DNA of 63,054 bases, the filler included, from Octopus bimaculoides (Eukaryota): the NCBI RefSeq assembly GCF_001194135.2. It is 5 parts of 5 records of this genome, joined end to end, with 100 filler letters (N's around TTAATTAATTAA, not from the genome) between each part and the next. Parts side by side here need not be neighbours in the genome. Positions count along the whole stretch, not along the records: positions 12,975 to 30,741 come from NC_068986.1; 4 more parts are not named here. One strand, written 5' to 3'. The notes beneath the pieces are model-generated. The model was not told where the DNA came from. It was given only the letters and a program-made list of their open reading frames with translations, and did no database searches. Both the position numbers and the translations under genes were made by a program. This document shows positions 13,032 to 26,439 of the stretch, in pieces. Positions within the stretch are counted from its first letter, which is position 1; each line of letters opens with the position of its first letter.

Positions 13032-14272
13032 GTATACAGCAATTTTAATTTATTGAATTTTTCATAGCTAATTGGTTCATTGTCAATATAATGAATAAAT
13101 GAATCATAAATTATTTACTTCCATCAGACATTTCGCAAATAAGCTGCATTTATTATCAAAAATACACCTGCTTCTGAGATGAATCCAAAAAAACTTTCTC
13201 GGCAATAAAAACTTCATTAAAATTTAGGACTGATTGATTGTTTCCTCATTATTGATTTTGTCTATATCTCCCAAGTTTGCAACACAAACTCTACCTCTAC
13301 TCTTTTGCTGGCAACATGAGGTCTTGGTTGATTCTTTTTGCTTCTGCCTTTCTTAATTAGTGGAAGACATGCCCACCACAACTGAACTGAGGTCCTAAAA
13401 CCAGCATGCCACATAAAAAGCATTGATACGGGTGCTGGTGCCATGTAAAAAGCACTGACAATGGTTTCACATAAAAAGAACCCAGTACACTCTGTAAAGT
13501 GACTGGAATTAAAAAGGGCATTCAGCCATAGAAACCAAGCTTCTGGCCTTGCCAGTTTCTGTCAAGCCATCCAACACAGAAAGCCAGCTTAGAAAACAGA
13601 CATTAAATGATGATGATGATGATGATGACAAAGTGGATGCTTTTTCAACTATCAATTGTTATAAATGTTAGCAAATTATGATAACAACACCAGCTCATGA
13701 AACCTAGGGCCTCTTCAACTTTATGCACACTAGATNNNNNNNNNNNNNNNNNNNNNNNNNNNNNNNNNNNNNNNNNNNNNNNNNNNNNNNNNNNNNNNNN
13801 NNNNNNNNNNNNNNNNNNNNNNNNNNNNNNNNNNNNNNNNNNNNNNNNNNNNNNNNNNNNNNNNNNNNNNNNNNNNNNNNNNNNNNNNNNNNNNNNNNNN
13901 NNNNNNNNNNNNNNNNNNNNNNNNNNNNNNNNNNNNNNNNNNNNNNNNNNNNNNNNNNNNNNNNNNNNNNNNNNNNNNNNNNNNNNNNNNNNNNNNNNNN
14001 NNNNNNNNNNNNNNNNNNNNNNNNNNNNNNNNNNNNNNNNNNNNNNNNNNNNNNNNNNNNNNNNNNNNNNNNNNNNNNNNNNNNNNNNNNNNNNNNNNNN
14101 NNNNNNNNNNNNNNNNNNNNNNNNNNNNNNNNTTGAAAATATCAAATTTTGTGTAAGATAATGGAGAAGCACAATTTCTAAGCACCTGACATATTTAGTA
14201 CATGAAGGAAAGTATTTTATGAGTTGTTTCCACATTTGCTATTTGCATTGTAGATTCTGATATCTATCTATC

Positions 14273-14305
<33 letters not shown>

Positions 14306-14411
14306 AAATTCAAAAAGGGATAAAAATCTTTTACAAGAATTTTATCAGGAAGCCAGTGTGTAAAAAAATTCATAAGGGAAATTTCTATTCCCAAGAATAT
14401 AATTATTCGTT

Positions 14412-14779
14412 TATATTTATATAAGGGGCATTACTACAGAATAATGCCACACACTGGACTTCCCAAAATAAACACATTTAGCAAAGGGAATGAAGTTTAT
14501 ACAGATAAACTTCATTCCCTTTGCTTGGTCGGATACGTAGAGTGTTCGTTTTTGGTAAGGTGAGAATTCTGTTTATTTATATATGTTTTCCTGAACAATA
14601 CTATGCTGATGAGTGGAGTCTAGATTCATTCTAGTAATCGCGAAATCAGTCGATACATAGTTGAGTTATTTAAAAGAAAGTTGGTCTTCTTCTGTTGGTT
14701 GTTTTTTTCTCGCATTCGGTACTAAATGTGTTTATTTTGGGAAGTCCAGTGTGTGGCATTATTCTGTAGTAATGCCCCT

Positions 14780-14791
<12 letters not shown>
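14412..14791. repeat. Perfect 70-bp inverted repeat (14412-14481 / 14722-14791) enclosing a 20-bp hairpin and a hammerhead
   Basis: Arms pair base for base (coordinate sum 29203). Internal palindrome gcaaagggaatgaagtttat-acag-ataaacttcattccctttgc at 14481-14524. Confidence 0.92.
14596..14663 (+). ncRNA. Type I hammerhead ribozyme, canonical core
   Basis: CUAUG-CUGAUGA(14606-12)-helix II GUG..CUAGA/UCUAG..CGC-GAAA(14642-45)-UC AGUC GA-UA|CAUAG. Helix I CUAUG/CAUAG; predicted cleavage after A14655. Confidence 0.85.
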
Positions 14792-14822
<31 letters not shown>

Positions 14823-15666
14823 ATAACAGAAAATGGATTGAAGCATACCTATTTCAGAAATTTGACAATTTCCATCTCTAATTTTGCTGATCATCTTCAG
14901 GTGAATACTTCTTTCTTGATCTTGACAAGGATTATTGTAGTCTAATAGTTAAGTATCTTACAACACACAACATCAAATGTTATCAGAGATGTGGGTGGAG
15001 GACGGTGGAACAAACAGTTGGGACAAGTTCAAATTCAGTTGGTAAAACATGTAGTATTCCAAGTGCTATCATTAGACTAGGTCAGAAATATTACTTGATG
15101 ATCATTGAGAATGCTGATGGAAATACTGCCTCAGCTGTGTCTCCAAAATAGAGAAAATAGTCAGAGAAATAAAGCATTGTTTCTCGAGTCCAAGATAGAC
15201 GATTCCATAATTTCTTGCAGAACAACCTGCACTGATGATTTGTTTCTAGTGATCAATTTGTTTGTGCTGTACATTTAGTTCATTCACTCCATCAAATTGA
15301 CATTACTTGTACAGTTGCATGGTGTGCCACACTAATGATGTCAAAGTCACAGCAATGCAATATGAAATGAAACATTTTGCTCAAGAACGCAACACAGTGC
15401 TCAGTCTGGGAATCAAAACTTGATCTTGCAATCGTGAATGCAATATCATAACCACCAAGCGATGCACATTCTGATGTGGTAATTCATAAAAGTTAGTATT
15501 GTGACTAAACTCTAGGAAATGCCATATTGAAAAAGTATTGTGTTGGAATGCAAGAACAATTATACAAATGATAGAAACATTTTAACTTAAAATAGCTGCC
15601 AATGTGAGGCAACAGAAATGATCAAAAAGATAAAGGCTGTACCATTTTTGCATAGACATTCTTTAA

Positions 15667-15991
15667 CCCTTTAGCATTTAAACTGCTTATACTAGACCCA
15701 AGTATTCTACCTATCTTATGTTCAAACCAGCCAGATCTAGCCTCTCAAACTTACCCTAATCTAAAAATAAATAATCACATCATCAAAATGTTGAAACTAC
15801 AAGATAATTCAAAACAATATGAATAAATAGGCGTAGGAGTGGCTGTGTGGTAAGTAGCTTGTTTACCAACCACATGGTTCCGAGTTCATTCCCACTGCGT
15901 GGCACCTTGGGCAAGTGTCTTCTACTATAGCCTCGGGCCGACCAAAGCCTTTTGAGTGGATTTGGTAGATAGAAACTAAAAGAAGCCCATC

Positions 15992-16057
<66 letters not shown>

Positions 16058-16314
16058 ATATGTTTGTCCTCCCAGAATCGCTTGACAACCGATGGTGGTG
16101 TATTTACGTCCCCGTAACTTAGCAGTTTGGCAAAAGAGACCGATAGAATAAGTACTAGGCTTCCAAAGAATAAGTCCTGGGGTCGATTTGCTCGACTAAA
16201 AGGTGGTGCTCCAGCATGGCCGCAGTCAAATGACTGAAACAAGTAAAAGAGTAAAAGAAAGAGTAAAGAGTAAATAAGTATTACATTTGACAGAGTAATC
16301 TGAATGCTAAAGGG
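15667..16314. mobile_element. piggyBac-type MITE interrupted by a SINE
   Basis: TTAA flanks at 15663-66 and 16315-18; SINE inserted at 15830-16270. Confidence 0.8.
15830..16270 (+). mobile_element. tRNA-derived SINE family B with a CORE-like segment and an internal (TA)n(TG)n tract
   Basis: ggctgtgtggtaag...ggcaccttgggcaagtgtc; TSD taaata. Copies at 279-429(-), 36320-36716, 37818-38342(-), 39255-39540, 49590-49870(-), 50026-50430(-), 58165-58290 and 59695-59850. Confidence 0.85.
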
Positions 16315-16739
16315 TTAACGAGCTCTCTGATTGAATGCCATTTCTGAATGCCAACCATTTTATAGAGGATGTTGAAGGCATTTTTTCACGGCACCAGTAC
16401 TAATGAGGTTGCTTTGTAACTTGCAAAACAAAAGAACCCTGTTGCTTGAGAGGGCAAATACAAGATACAGTGGTTGCTTTATGTGAGGTGTTGAGAAGCT
16501 AATGACTGATGAAGAAGTAGGGATAAATTTATTGTGGAGATTTATGGCTACTTGATCTTTTACAAAGTTGGGATATGAGCAAGTGGAGTAGTGTCACAAA
16601 GAAAGGTAAATGTGGTGGTGGTGATAAAGTGCCAGAACAAATCTTCATGGTGATATGTCCAACAAGGTGAACAGAAGAGAACATGAATTGAACTTCAGTC
16701 TTGCCATGCTAGCATAGCTGATGGGTAGGTCTTCTCAAA

Positions 16740-18330
16740 CACTGCTTATCACCAACTGTTTCCGTCCTTTGTCATCTCCTTCATGAGGCTCAACATTCAG
16801 CCTTTGCCACCTCATCACATGTCTTCCTAGGTCTCCAGAGTTTCCGTCTACTGTAAGCAATCAACTCATCTTTTCACACTTAACCTCATCCATAATCTAC
16901 ATCATATGTCCAGACAAATGCAGTCTTTTCTCTTGCACTTTTCCATCAACACATTTGAACTTTGTTATACAAGCTCATTGACAATGCATAATCATCAGAG
17001 CATGCTTGTTTGATTTCTTTCTAGTCTTCTCAGGAACTCTGCATTCAGTGTCACTATTTCACTCCCATATAGCAAGGAGATTATATTTAGATATTATATT
17101 GTCTGCTTTTTACTCTGAGAGAGAAACGTTTTGTTACCAGCAGAGGTAGTAGCTCCAGCTCTTCTTACTCTGACTACTATATTTCTACAACATTCTCTTC
17201 CACAAATAATTAGGTCAGTCACTTTGGTAAGAGAAACTAATACCTTTAGGGATCCTACTGGACAACTAAGAGCATTGATTTGTCATGTACAATTAATGTT
17301 TATTGCTCCAGCACACCTACCACATCCAAAACCTGCTTTGTTAACTTTCCCATGACCACTGCATCTCTTGTATCCATAGTTTGCATTGGTTTTATTACGT
17401 AACTTATAGTAATTCCATATACTGAATAAGGCTATTTCCCTGACAAAGCAGGGTCCTGTTTGTTTTCATAGTTATACTTTAGTCTTTGACAAGTTAATTT
17501 AGAGGCTCTTCCATGCCAGAAATTTCTTCTCTAATCCTATAACATTGTGGTCATAGTCATCTAGTTTTAACCCTTTAGTATTGATTTCTCTGTCAAATGT
17601 AATGCTTATTTAATTACACTGATTTGAATTAGTCATATATTACCTTGTAACTTTGGGATTTCAATGACATGACTGTCTATTTTTAGAATATTTTAGGGTA
17701 AGTGTGAGACGCCAGATCTGGCCAGTTTGAAGTTTAAACAGGTAGATTATTTTGGTCAGATATAACTGGTTGAAATGTTGAAGGGTTAAACTCCTCTAGC
17801 CCAGAGGACTAAGATAAATAGACAATGACTGAGCATTGGGCCCTGACGGTCCCCTACATGCACACTAAATTTGTCACTCTACTAATTGCTCTCAACTTAC
17901 CGTTAGCATCTTTGAACATGGCTTGCATGGCTCTCACAAGCCATACATTACATCTTCAGTACTCAGCAGACCACTGAGTGAAGGACTCAAAGACTTTTTC
18001 CAGGTCATCAAATGCAAGGTGCAGCAGGGTTACTCCAGCACAAAAGTTAGTCTACTTCTCCGAGGCTAAATTTTGCATAAGTCGATCAAACCATAACTCT
18101 TTCAAGGACTTGCATAACCTGGTCCAACAATACCCATCATTATCTCTTTGTAAGGCATGAAGCTTTGCCATGGTAACAGTTGACTATAATGCTGCAATAC
18201 CAGTCACTGAGTATGACACTTTCCTATATAATCTGATTGACTGATGCAGGTAACTAGTCCATACCCATCAATATCATTGATGGACCAAGAACTTTTCCTA
18301 TCTTCATATCCTTAACTCCTTTATCTATCA
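16740..18330 (-). mobile_element. Degraded RTE-clade LINE ORF2 (RT) remnant
   Basis: The reverse strand gives LAFDDLEKVF, WLVRAMQAMFKDA, LLYGSE and GRPRKTCDEV, similar to RTE motifs; many disruptions. Confidence 0.7.
17571..17785. mobile_element. piggyBac-type MITE inserted in an RTE remnant
   Basis: TTAA flanks at 17567-70 and 17786-89. Confidence 0.8.
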
Positions 18331-18951
18331 TACTGCTGTATACTAGAATTGCAGGTCCCTCTATTGGGTCCATGCTCGGAAGGTCCTCTTTTCCCCTCAG
18401 CATTCTTTGCATCTGATAACCTTTCATAGTAGCACTACAATACCTCTTTTCAGAATCCTTGTTTTAAACAAAAGAGGAAGTCAAATACAGAGGGGACATT
18501 CTACATTTGTTATCAAATCAAAAATATATGTACAAGTATTATCTATATTGTTTATATTAGTTAGGCTGGTGTCCTCATCTTCATTGTTACTTTCACTTAC
18601 ATTTCTGCTGTTGAATGCTCCAGACTTTTTCAGGTGTTGTGTTGAAATCGGTTGTATTGGAATTTCAAGCCTAGCCCTTTATTTGATCTGCAGGGGTACA
18701 CTATTCTCATTGTCTGTCTGTATGTAGATATCACAATCTACAATGCAAACAGCAGATTGGGGAAACAATTCATAAAATTTTCCTTCATGGATTAAATGTT
18801 ACGTGTTTAGGAACTGTGCTTTTCCATTTATCTTACGCAAAATCTAAAATTTTACAACAGTATACATAATATAAATTCCACATCTCAAGTATTTACAAGT
18901 ATGTTTTCTAAATAAAATTAAACTTGCAAATATATGGCAAGGAGTTAAATT

Positions 18952-19609
18952 GGATCTTGTTCAAAACGGGGGCACCAGTATTTTCTTAACGAAACACTTT
19001 GAAACTTGGAACACTGGTAGAATGTGTCATATAAAACATCTTTTTCTCTTAGCCTTCTTATGAAAAATTATTATATTGCAACATATTTCATGTTAAAGTT
19101 GTCGTATTTCTGTAATTTCAACCAATGACTGATGTCCATTCAGCCGTAAAAATTAAGTGCTGACTACGTAAACAAACGATTCTCGGCGGTGAAAAAATTA
19201 TTATTTCCTTGTCAAAAAATGGCTGAAGCATATTGGCAGTAGCTAATAAACCTTTCTATTATAGGCACAAGGCATGGTTTTTGAGGGAAGGAGCAAGTCG
19301 GTTAGGGTTAGGGAAAACGAACACACGTGTGTTGCCTCTGCAAAATGTCAGAAGTAATGGAGATTAAATACGCTTTACACCGCTTAAAGTGCCAAAGGAG
19401 TAAGTGTAAACAACTGAATACGTGTCAGTGATTGGTTGAAATTATCAAAATAAGACAATTTTTTTACATGAAATAAATCCGAATACAAAAATTTTTTTCT
19501 GTTCTATAACACAAAATAGATAAGTATACGAAGTTTGAAAGTCTTTCGGTACCAAAAACACTTCATAAAACATAAATGAAAACTGGTGCCCCCGTTTTGA
19601 ACAAGATCC
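18952..19609. mobile_element. 658-bp non-autonomous DNA transposon (MITE) with 28-bp perfect TIRs and an 8-bp TSD
   Basis: TIR GGATCTTGTTCAAAACGGGGGCACCAGT at both ends; TSD GTTAAATT at 18944-51 and 19610-17. Confidence 0.88.
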
Positions 19610-22600
19610 GTTAAATTTGACTTTTTGCTGACCGGATTGTCTGCCCTTGCTATGTTTGTATGTGACAAATACTTCTGGCACAGATCACCAATTTGACCCT
19701 ACTGTATGCCTTCTAACAGAAGACTATCAATCCAGGCCTTGTGAATGAAACTGAGTAGACTGTATTTATAATTCAAATGGCTGGCTTCGTCACACACTGT
19801 CATGTTGATTATACTCAAGGACTGTTCAGGTTACACATGTGAAATGGAACACCCAGTAGTAGTTCAGTTGTCTAAACAGCTGGATTTACTCATGGTTGAA
19901 ACTAATTGACAAGCAGTAAACTAAGAAAAATATTTTAATTTATTTTATAATACAATATATTATTTGCATAAATTATGGAAAGAAGTTGAAATGGTAAATG
20001 AGCTTAAAAGAAATATATTGTCTGATGTCTAAATTCTTTACTTCATCTTCTAATTTTTATCTATCCAGTATTTCCTTCACAACAGCACAGGGAACATTTT
20101 CAAGTAACTTTGCCCATATTAATCTCATCGAATTATCTTTAAATGATTTTAAAACACTAACCATGCAAAATACTACTTCCCTCTCACAAAAACAAAATGA
20201 CAAACATTGTAAATAATTGCTTTCAATTTAGGCACAAAAGCCAGTAATTTTGAAAGAAGGGGGAGTTAGTTGGTACTGTTGACCTAATAACAGACTGATA
20301 CTTATTTCAACTACTCGGAGAGCTGAAAAGCAAAGCTAGCCTCAGTAAGCCAGAATGAATACCTCAAGGAATTCCTTACAATTTTGCCCTTAATATCAGA
20401 TGGATTTCATGTACATGAACATTTCAGGTTTTGATAACCTTGGTTTCCAATCACTCTCAAGTTACCTTCAATCAAATATTGTTTCAGAAACAGGTTCCCT
20501 TAAGTTTTTATTATTATTATCATCATCATCTATATATTAATACACTATATATTAAAACACTATGGCTGAAAGCGTTATGCTGTCACATGATTAGTTCAAG
20601 AGAAAGAAAAAGAGGGAGAGCGGTGTTAACGTGAGGTAATAGTTATGTGTTTAAAAAGTTAGCTGAAAGAAGAGATATAGAGAAAGAGAGTTAGAAATAC
20701 AATGTTAAGCAGAGGATGATGTTCTGGTGGTGAGGTTAAAGAGATGTAGCTATGCTGAGAGTGAGAGAATAGTGGTACTATTGCCAGTCAATGCATTATG
20801 CTGTCATGTGGTTAGTGGAAATCAGAAGTGAAAAGAAAGAGAGAAATGCTAACATGAAGAGGGGAATGACATGGTTAAAAAGTCAGTTGAAATGAAAAGT
20901 AAAGAGAGAAATATAAAGTGTTTAACAGAGGGAAATTTTAAACATCATATTGTCACTGATAAGAAAATAACATTTTAATATTCAATTTCTTACATTTTCT
21001 ACTCTCTGATGGTCTGTCTATCTACATTGATAATACATCGATGGGTGGACAGAAGGTTTACGTTAGGTATAATAATAAACTTATTATAAATACAAAAATC
21101 TTTCAACGAAAGTGAAACAACTTAGCAAAATAGCCATGGATGTTGTTATTCTTTTTGTATTGACATCAAGAAAAGTTGATATAAACAAACAACTAAACTG
21201 AAATGAAACAACCTTGGTTGGCAAATAACCCAACTTTGTTACTGAAAGTTATGACAGTGGTGGTGGTGATAGCAGTGGAGGCAGTGGTGAGTGGAAAGTG
21301 AAAAACGATTTTTTTTTTAACTAAACTTTTTACATCACCTATCATAGTATGTGTATGCACTTATGCATACACATAAGTGCAACTATATACCATCTGCTCA
21401 CTTGAAAACTGATATTTGGTTACAAAATATGGATGACAATGTAAGCTAGCAAGAGAAAGAATGAAACAGTATAGGTAACAACATAAAGAGAAGCAGAGGG
21501 TCAAATCACTAGAACAAGCACAGGAGCATAAGTGTAAAAGGGAAAATATGAATCATAGAGTGAGTATTTACAACAGATAAGAGATTGTGTTCACCATAGA
21601 ATAGAAAATGAAAATGAGAGAGAACATGAAAAAAAAATTGTAAATGTATAGTTGAAAGTTACGTTGGTGACATGAATACTCTCAGTAATTATTGTGAACT
21701 CTTAGATTTATAAATGAACCTCTGAACTGCTGAGAGAATATGAAAGTCATGGTCCCTAAATTACTGCCTAAACCAGAATTGAAAGGCGCTTTTAAATGAA
21801 AATAATACAGAATAAACAATTTCAAAAGAAACACTAATTTTGATTGTTCTATATAAACTTCCAACCATCCACAAAATTTCATATTTACCATGGAATTCCC
21901 ATAGGTACTGCTAGTTATTATTAATAAAATAAGAAGGTAAGAGAAAACAACTGACATACATTGATCACAAGGTGAACTTTATTCAGAAAGGAAATAAGGC
22001 TTCTTCAACTGTTCTACTTTTCAATAATTCAACCAATTTAATTACTTCTATAGTTAAGCTAGAGTTAACATATTTAATGTAGTGAAATTATAACAATTCA
22101 GAATCCAAGGTAACCAATGAGAGTTTGCATTGGCAACAACAACAGTAATAAAATCCAAGACAATAGATTTTGTTGCAGTGAGGCATGAAAAAGTGGTAAG
22201 TTACAGCCAACAGAAGGGAGAAGGAAGCGAATAGGTTAAAAAAGAAGAGATTGCAAGTAGATAAGTACAGTAAATAAGAGAATAGAGAAAGTGAGAAGTC
22301 CGTTGTGAGGAAAGTGAACTAAGTATAAGAGACAGAGTGTGGTGAGTGCTAGAGTTGACTGGAGGAAATTATTTAAACTGATAGAAGTGGAGGTTTTTAG
22401 TAAAAAAAAAAAAAAAAAAAAGTCACTGCCATCAAGTGAAAATATTTAGTCACTGTTAAAGAGTAATTAAAGGAATAAAATTTTTACCTAAAGAGTGGGA
22501 AATTAGGATAGTGAACAGAAGACCTTAATTACTCTCTCAGTGACTTGATCTCAGTACATATGAAATGAACTGAAAGAACTGTCTGGAAAGATTTTTGCTT

Positions 22601-25580
22601 CAGCAGTGAAATATTGATTACGAAGTTAGAAACCTAAAGCCTTTTTATTTATAAGGCAAGTATGGGAGACAACTCCAGACAGCTTACAATTAGAAACAGT
22701 CGCAAGGTAAATTACTAAGTGCATATTCAAGAATTCACAATGCAATTATCTCAAAGATTCACTTTCTAAACTTATTAATGCTTTTCATTTGAGGAATATG
22801 ATATTGGTACATTAACCCACGGATTCTGTCATTACTACTTTGGCAAATATAGTGAAGTTTATACTTCGGTGAAACATCACTAGAGTTGCCTTGATGATCA
22901 TAGGGAGACCATTTCACATTCCATTGTTCCCCTAAAGAATTGTTATATTTTTACAATATTGAGTTTCTCCCTTCACGAATCTTTGTATTTAGTAGTAGCT
23001 AATAATATTCAGTAAGAACACAGCTACAAAACCATATTCATATAATTTTATTATATACACTCTCCGAGTGGTTGGCGTTAGGAAGGGCATCCAGCTGTAG
23101 AAACTCTGCCAAATTTAGATTGGAGCCTGGTGTTGCCATCCGGTTTCACCAGTCCTCAGTCAAGTCGTCCAACCCATGATAGCATGGAAAGCGGACGTTA
23201 AACGATGATGATGATGATGATGATATTTGTTCGTTCAAAATTGAAATGTTTGTCTAAACCAGTTCATACTTTTGTGAATGCATTGAAGAAAAAAAGTAAA
23301 CAGTTGTTACCTTGTAAATTTTATATTTTTATTTACCATAGAAATACGGCTCCACAATTTTTACGTAGTTGGAGTTTCCAAGTTTCCAAATTTCAAACTG
23401 ATGAACTAATTGTAGAGTAATGAAAAACAAATGAGAAATATTTCAAAATATGACTTTCACTACTACATTTCAACTATTATAGAGCTCAAGCACAACCCAA
23501 ATACAGTAAGATACTTGCATTTAGTTTACATTTTTAACAAATTCAGAGAACTTTAGGTTCAAGTCCTGATATTTACATTTCTGTCATTTCTAACCAAGAA
23601 AATGCAAATTATAAACACCTATTTTCACATTTAAAAAAAATCTAAGTATTTACATTTTTCAGTTTAAGGTTTAAAAAAAAAAAAGATACAAACAATATGA
23701 AAATTACATTAGATTTCATGACATTAAAATACATTAATGCAAATATTTTGTAAGTGCCAATTGTGCTGACACTAGTTTTATGATATTTTTTGGTATCAAT
23801 GAAGGTAGAAAAAAAACCCTGCATAAAACCAATATTAACCAGGTATTCCAATGTGACCAATATCCTTGGATGTATTTTACCTGGTTTTATAAGCCAGATA
23901 TACAAACATTGAAACCCCACTACCTGGATTGTGAATACTGCAAAAGATTATCAATTGGGAGCATAATTTTTGCCATGAACGTAAGGTAAATTGCCTAGAC
24001 AACAACAGTACAATGTATGCGATGAAATGTGAACTCAATTCACTATTCCAGTGTTTTGATTTTCCAGCTACCACGCCTTTATAATATGGTTTCCAAATTA
24101 TAATTTTAAGTGAAAAGGTTGAGAGGAAATACTTGCGCTTCAAGATTAAATATAAGCTCTAGGACATAATACAAAACAAAGCTTTATCTTCAGCTAAATA
24201 TCATAGACTGTTATACATTTATGCCAAGATGAATCAGGCACAGAGAAAAAAAATGGAAAAAGGAAATAAAGAAACAAAATCAGAAACATTATATTGTAAG
24301 TGGTTTGCTGGAATCTTTATTTGAGAATGTTGCTCTGAGTTGGTCAAATATTGAGACTGGAAGAAAACAGTTTTTTCTCCGCTGACAACCAACTAGATAG
24401 TGTTATAAACAATTGAAAACAAGAACTTGACCCAGAATAACAATGCTACTGAAAGATATGCAGTTATTAAGCCACCACTGAACAAAAAATAAACGTTCTT
24501 GTTCAAAGAGTACATGCCCATTTCTACAATCAACTTTGGTTCTATTCATAAAAATGAAACTGAAAAGACAACGAACAACACAACAAAAACAGTAAAATGG
24601 CAGGATGATGATTAAAAGTACTTTTAGATAAAATAATTATTTCCAAAGTCTTTGAAGATAGAATAGACACAGGGATGAACTAAAAGAAATTAGTTTTGAA
24701 ATTAAGCAAGTTATGCTTTATTATAAATTCTTTGGGAGAGAAAAACAGGGCACTTCACAAAAAATTAAAAGTTGGACTAGATTGAAACATCTTAAAGTTT
24801 ATATTTTCAAAGAACATAAACACTAAAAGGGTTGGGAAAAAAAATTAGGACTGAAACTGATATAATAATGACAAAAAAAAAACTTCTTTAAAATAAAAAT
24901 AAACAGTTTTAAGAAAAGAAATATAGCAACCATGAGATACATAAAGCCAACCCTTTTTGATAATTTAAGATCATACTATTTTCATTTCTTTATCTAAAAT
25001 ATAACTTTACCAGGGAAGAAGTCAAATTTAGTAATGTAATTAAAAGGTTAAGATCTTGAAATGTAACTTGTCTTACATCACTTCTGAATTCTTTTAGTAT
25101 CAGTACTAAACCCTCCCATTACCATTTAAAACATTCTACTCAATAAACCAATATTTATACCAATAAGGTATTTATATACGAAAAAAACTTTTAAAGCTAT
25201 CTGTACTTTGTAAAACAAAAATATCAAGTAATCAACAGAACAAAAGAGTATTTCAATTTAACTGCTCCATAGAATAAGTGCAACATAGAACAATATTAAA
25301 AAATCCTTAAGAAATATTGATCTTAAACAGGTATTAGAAGTAATAAAAAGAAGCAGTGGAGGAAAACAAAATTCAAATTGTCAGGATTATAAAAAGCTAT
25401 TTTGTTTGAGAAACAGAGCTAAAATAAACGTTTTTTGTTCTCTTCCAGAAAAGTAATACAATAAGAAGTTGCAATGGTTAAAAGAAATTATAACTTATAA
25501 CGAATGATGCATAGATGTGGGCAATTGTGGTGGTAATAACAGGAACAATGATTCCAAGTCTCCTTGTAAAAATTCTTCAG

Positions 25581-26290
25581 CTATAACTCCATTGGTTCTT
25601 CATCTGGAGTATTAGATTCTGGAACTTGGGGAGATGTTACACTTGTAGTGGAAGCAGAAACATCAGCACTTTCAGAAACTGAACTGTTAGTTCCTCCATC
25701 CTCCTTTTGCAGCATCTGATTAGGTTGACAACAGTTAGTTTCCATGACTGAAGATGCTTCGTTGCTGTCATTGTCTTCCTCACATCTCTTACTCTCTTCA
25801 TCTGGTTGAGGTATCTGGGTATTGTCAGCTTCTGATATAGCTGGTGTCATTTCATCAGAAGAAGAAACTGAATTGTCTGTACAAGCAATATCAGTAACAA
25901 CCGAGTCAGCATTATCAGCAGACTCTGCTTGTGCTACAGTAGCAGCTTCTGAAGTGCTGGTATTAGCAGAAGAACAGATCTTTACTGTAGGTTCATGGTG
26001 GGACACTGGTACATCAGTGGTTTCAGAAATATCTGCAGATGAGGGAAAAGATTGTGAAGAGAAAGATGATGTTGATGACAGTGGAGTGCTTGAGTCTTGG
26101 CACAGCTCTGGCTGTAACTGATTTGTGGGTACTGATGCACATGTATGACTTGCTGTAATAGAACTAGTAATAGTACTGCTAGTGTTTGTTGTCAAACTGG
26201 ATTTGTTTGTAACTGAATCAGAACTGTCACAGTTCTTTACCATATCTTTTGGAAGAATGAACTGAACTTTCGAAGTTTCTTCAGATATAA
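25581..26290 (-). CDS. PPP4R2: PPP4R2 last coding exon, ending ...TPDEEPMEL*
   Basis: Acceptor tttatttgcag|TT after a 149-nt intron, phase 1, 710 nt to TAG. The C-terminus resembles the human ending as I recall it (DEPMEQD). Confidence 0.88.
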
Positions 26291-26439
26291 CTGCAAATAA
26301 AGAAAAATGGGTTAAATATAAGTACAAGAGAGAGAAAGAAAGTGTAACATTTAATAGAAAAATAATCAAATAAAAGTTAAGTATTTATAGGTAAAATTTA
26401 ACATTATCAAGGAGAACAAATGATTAAGAATTGACTCAC

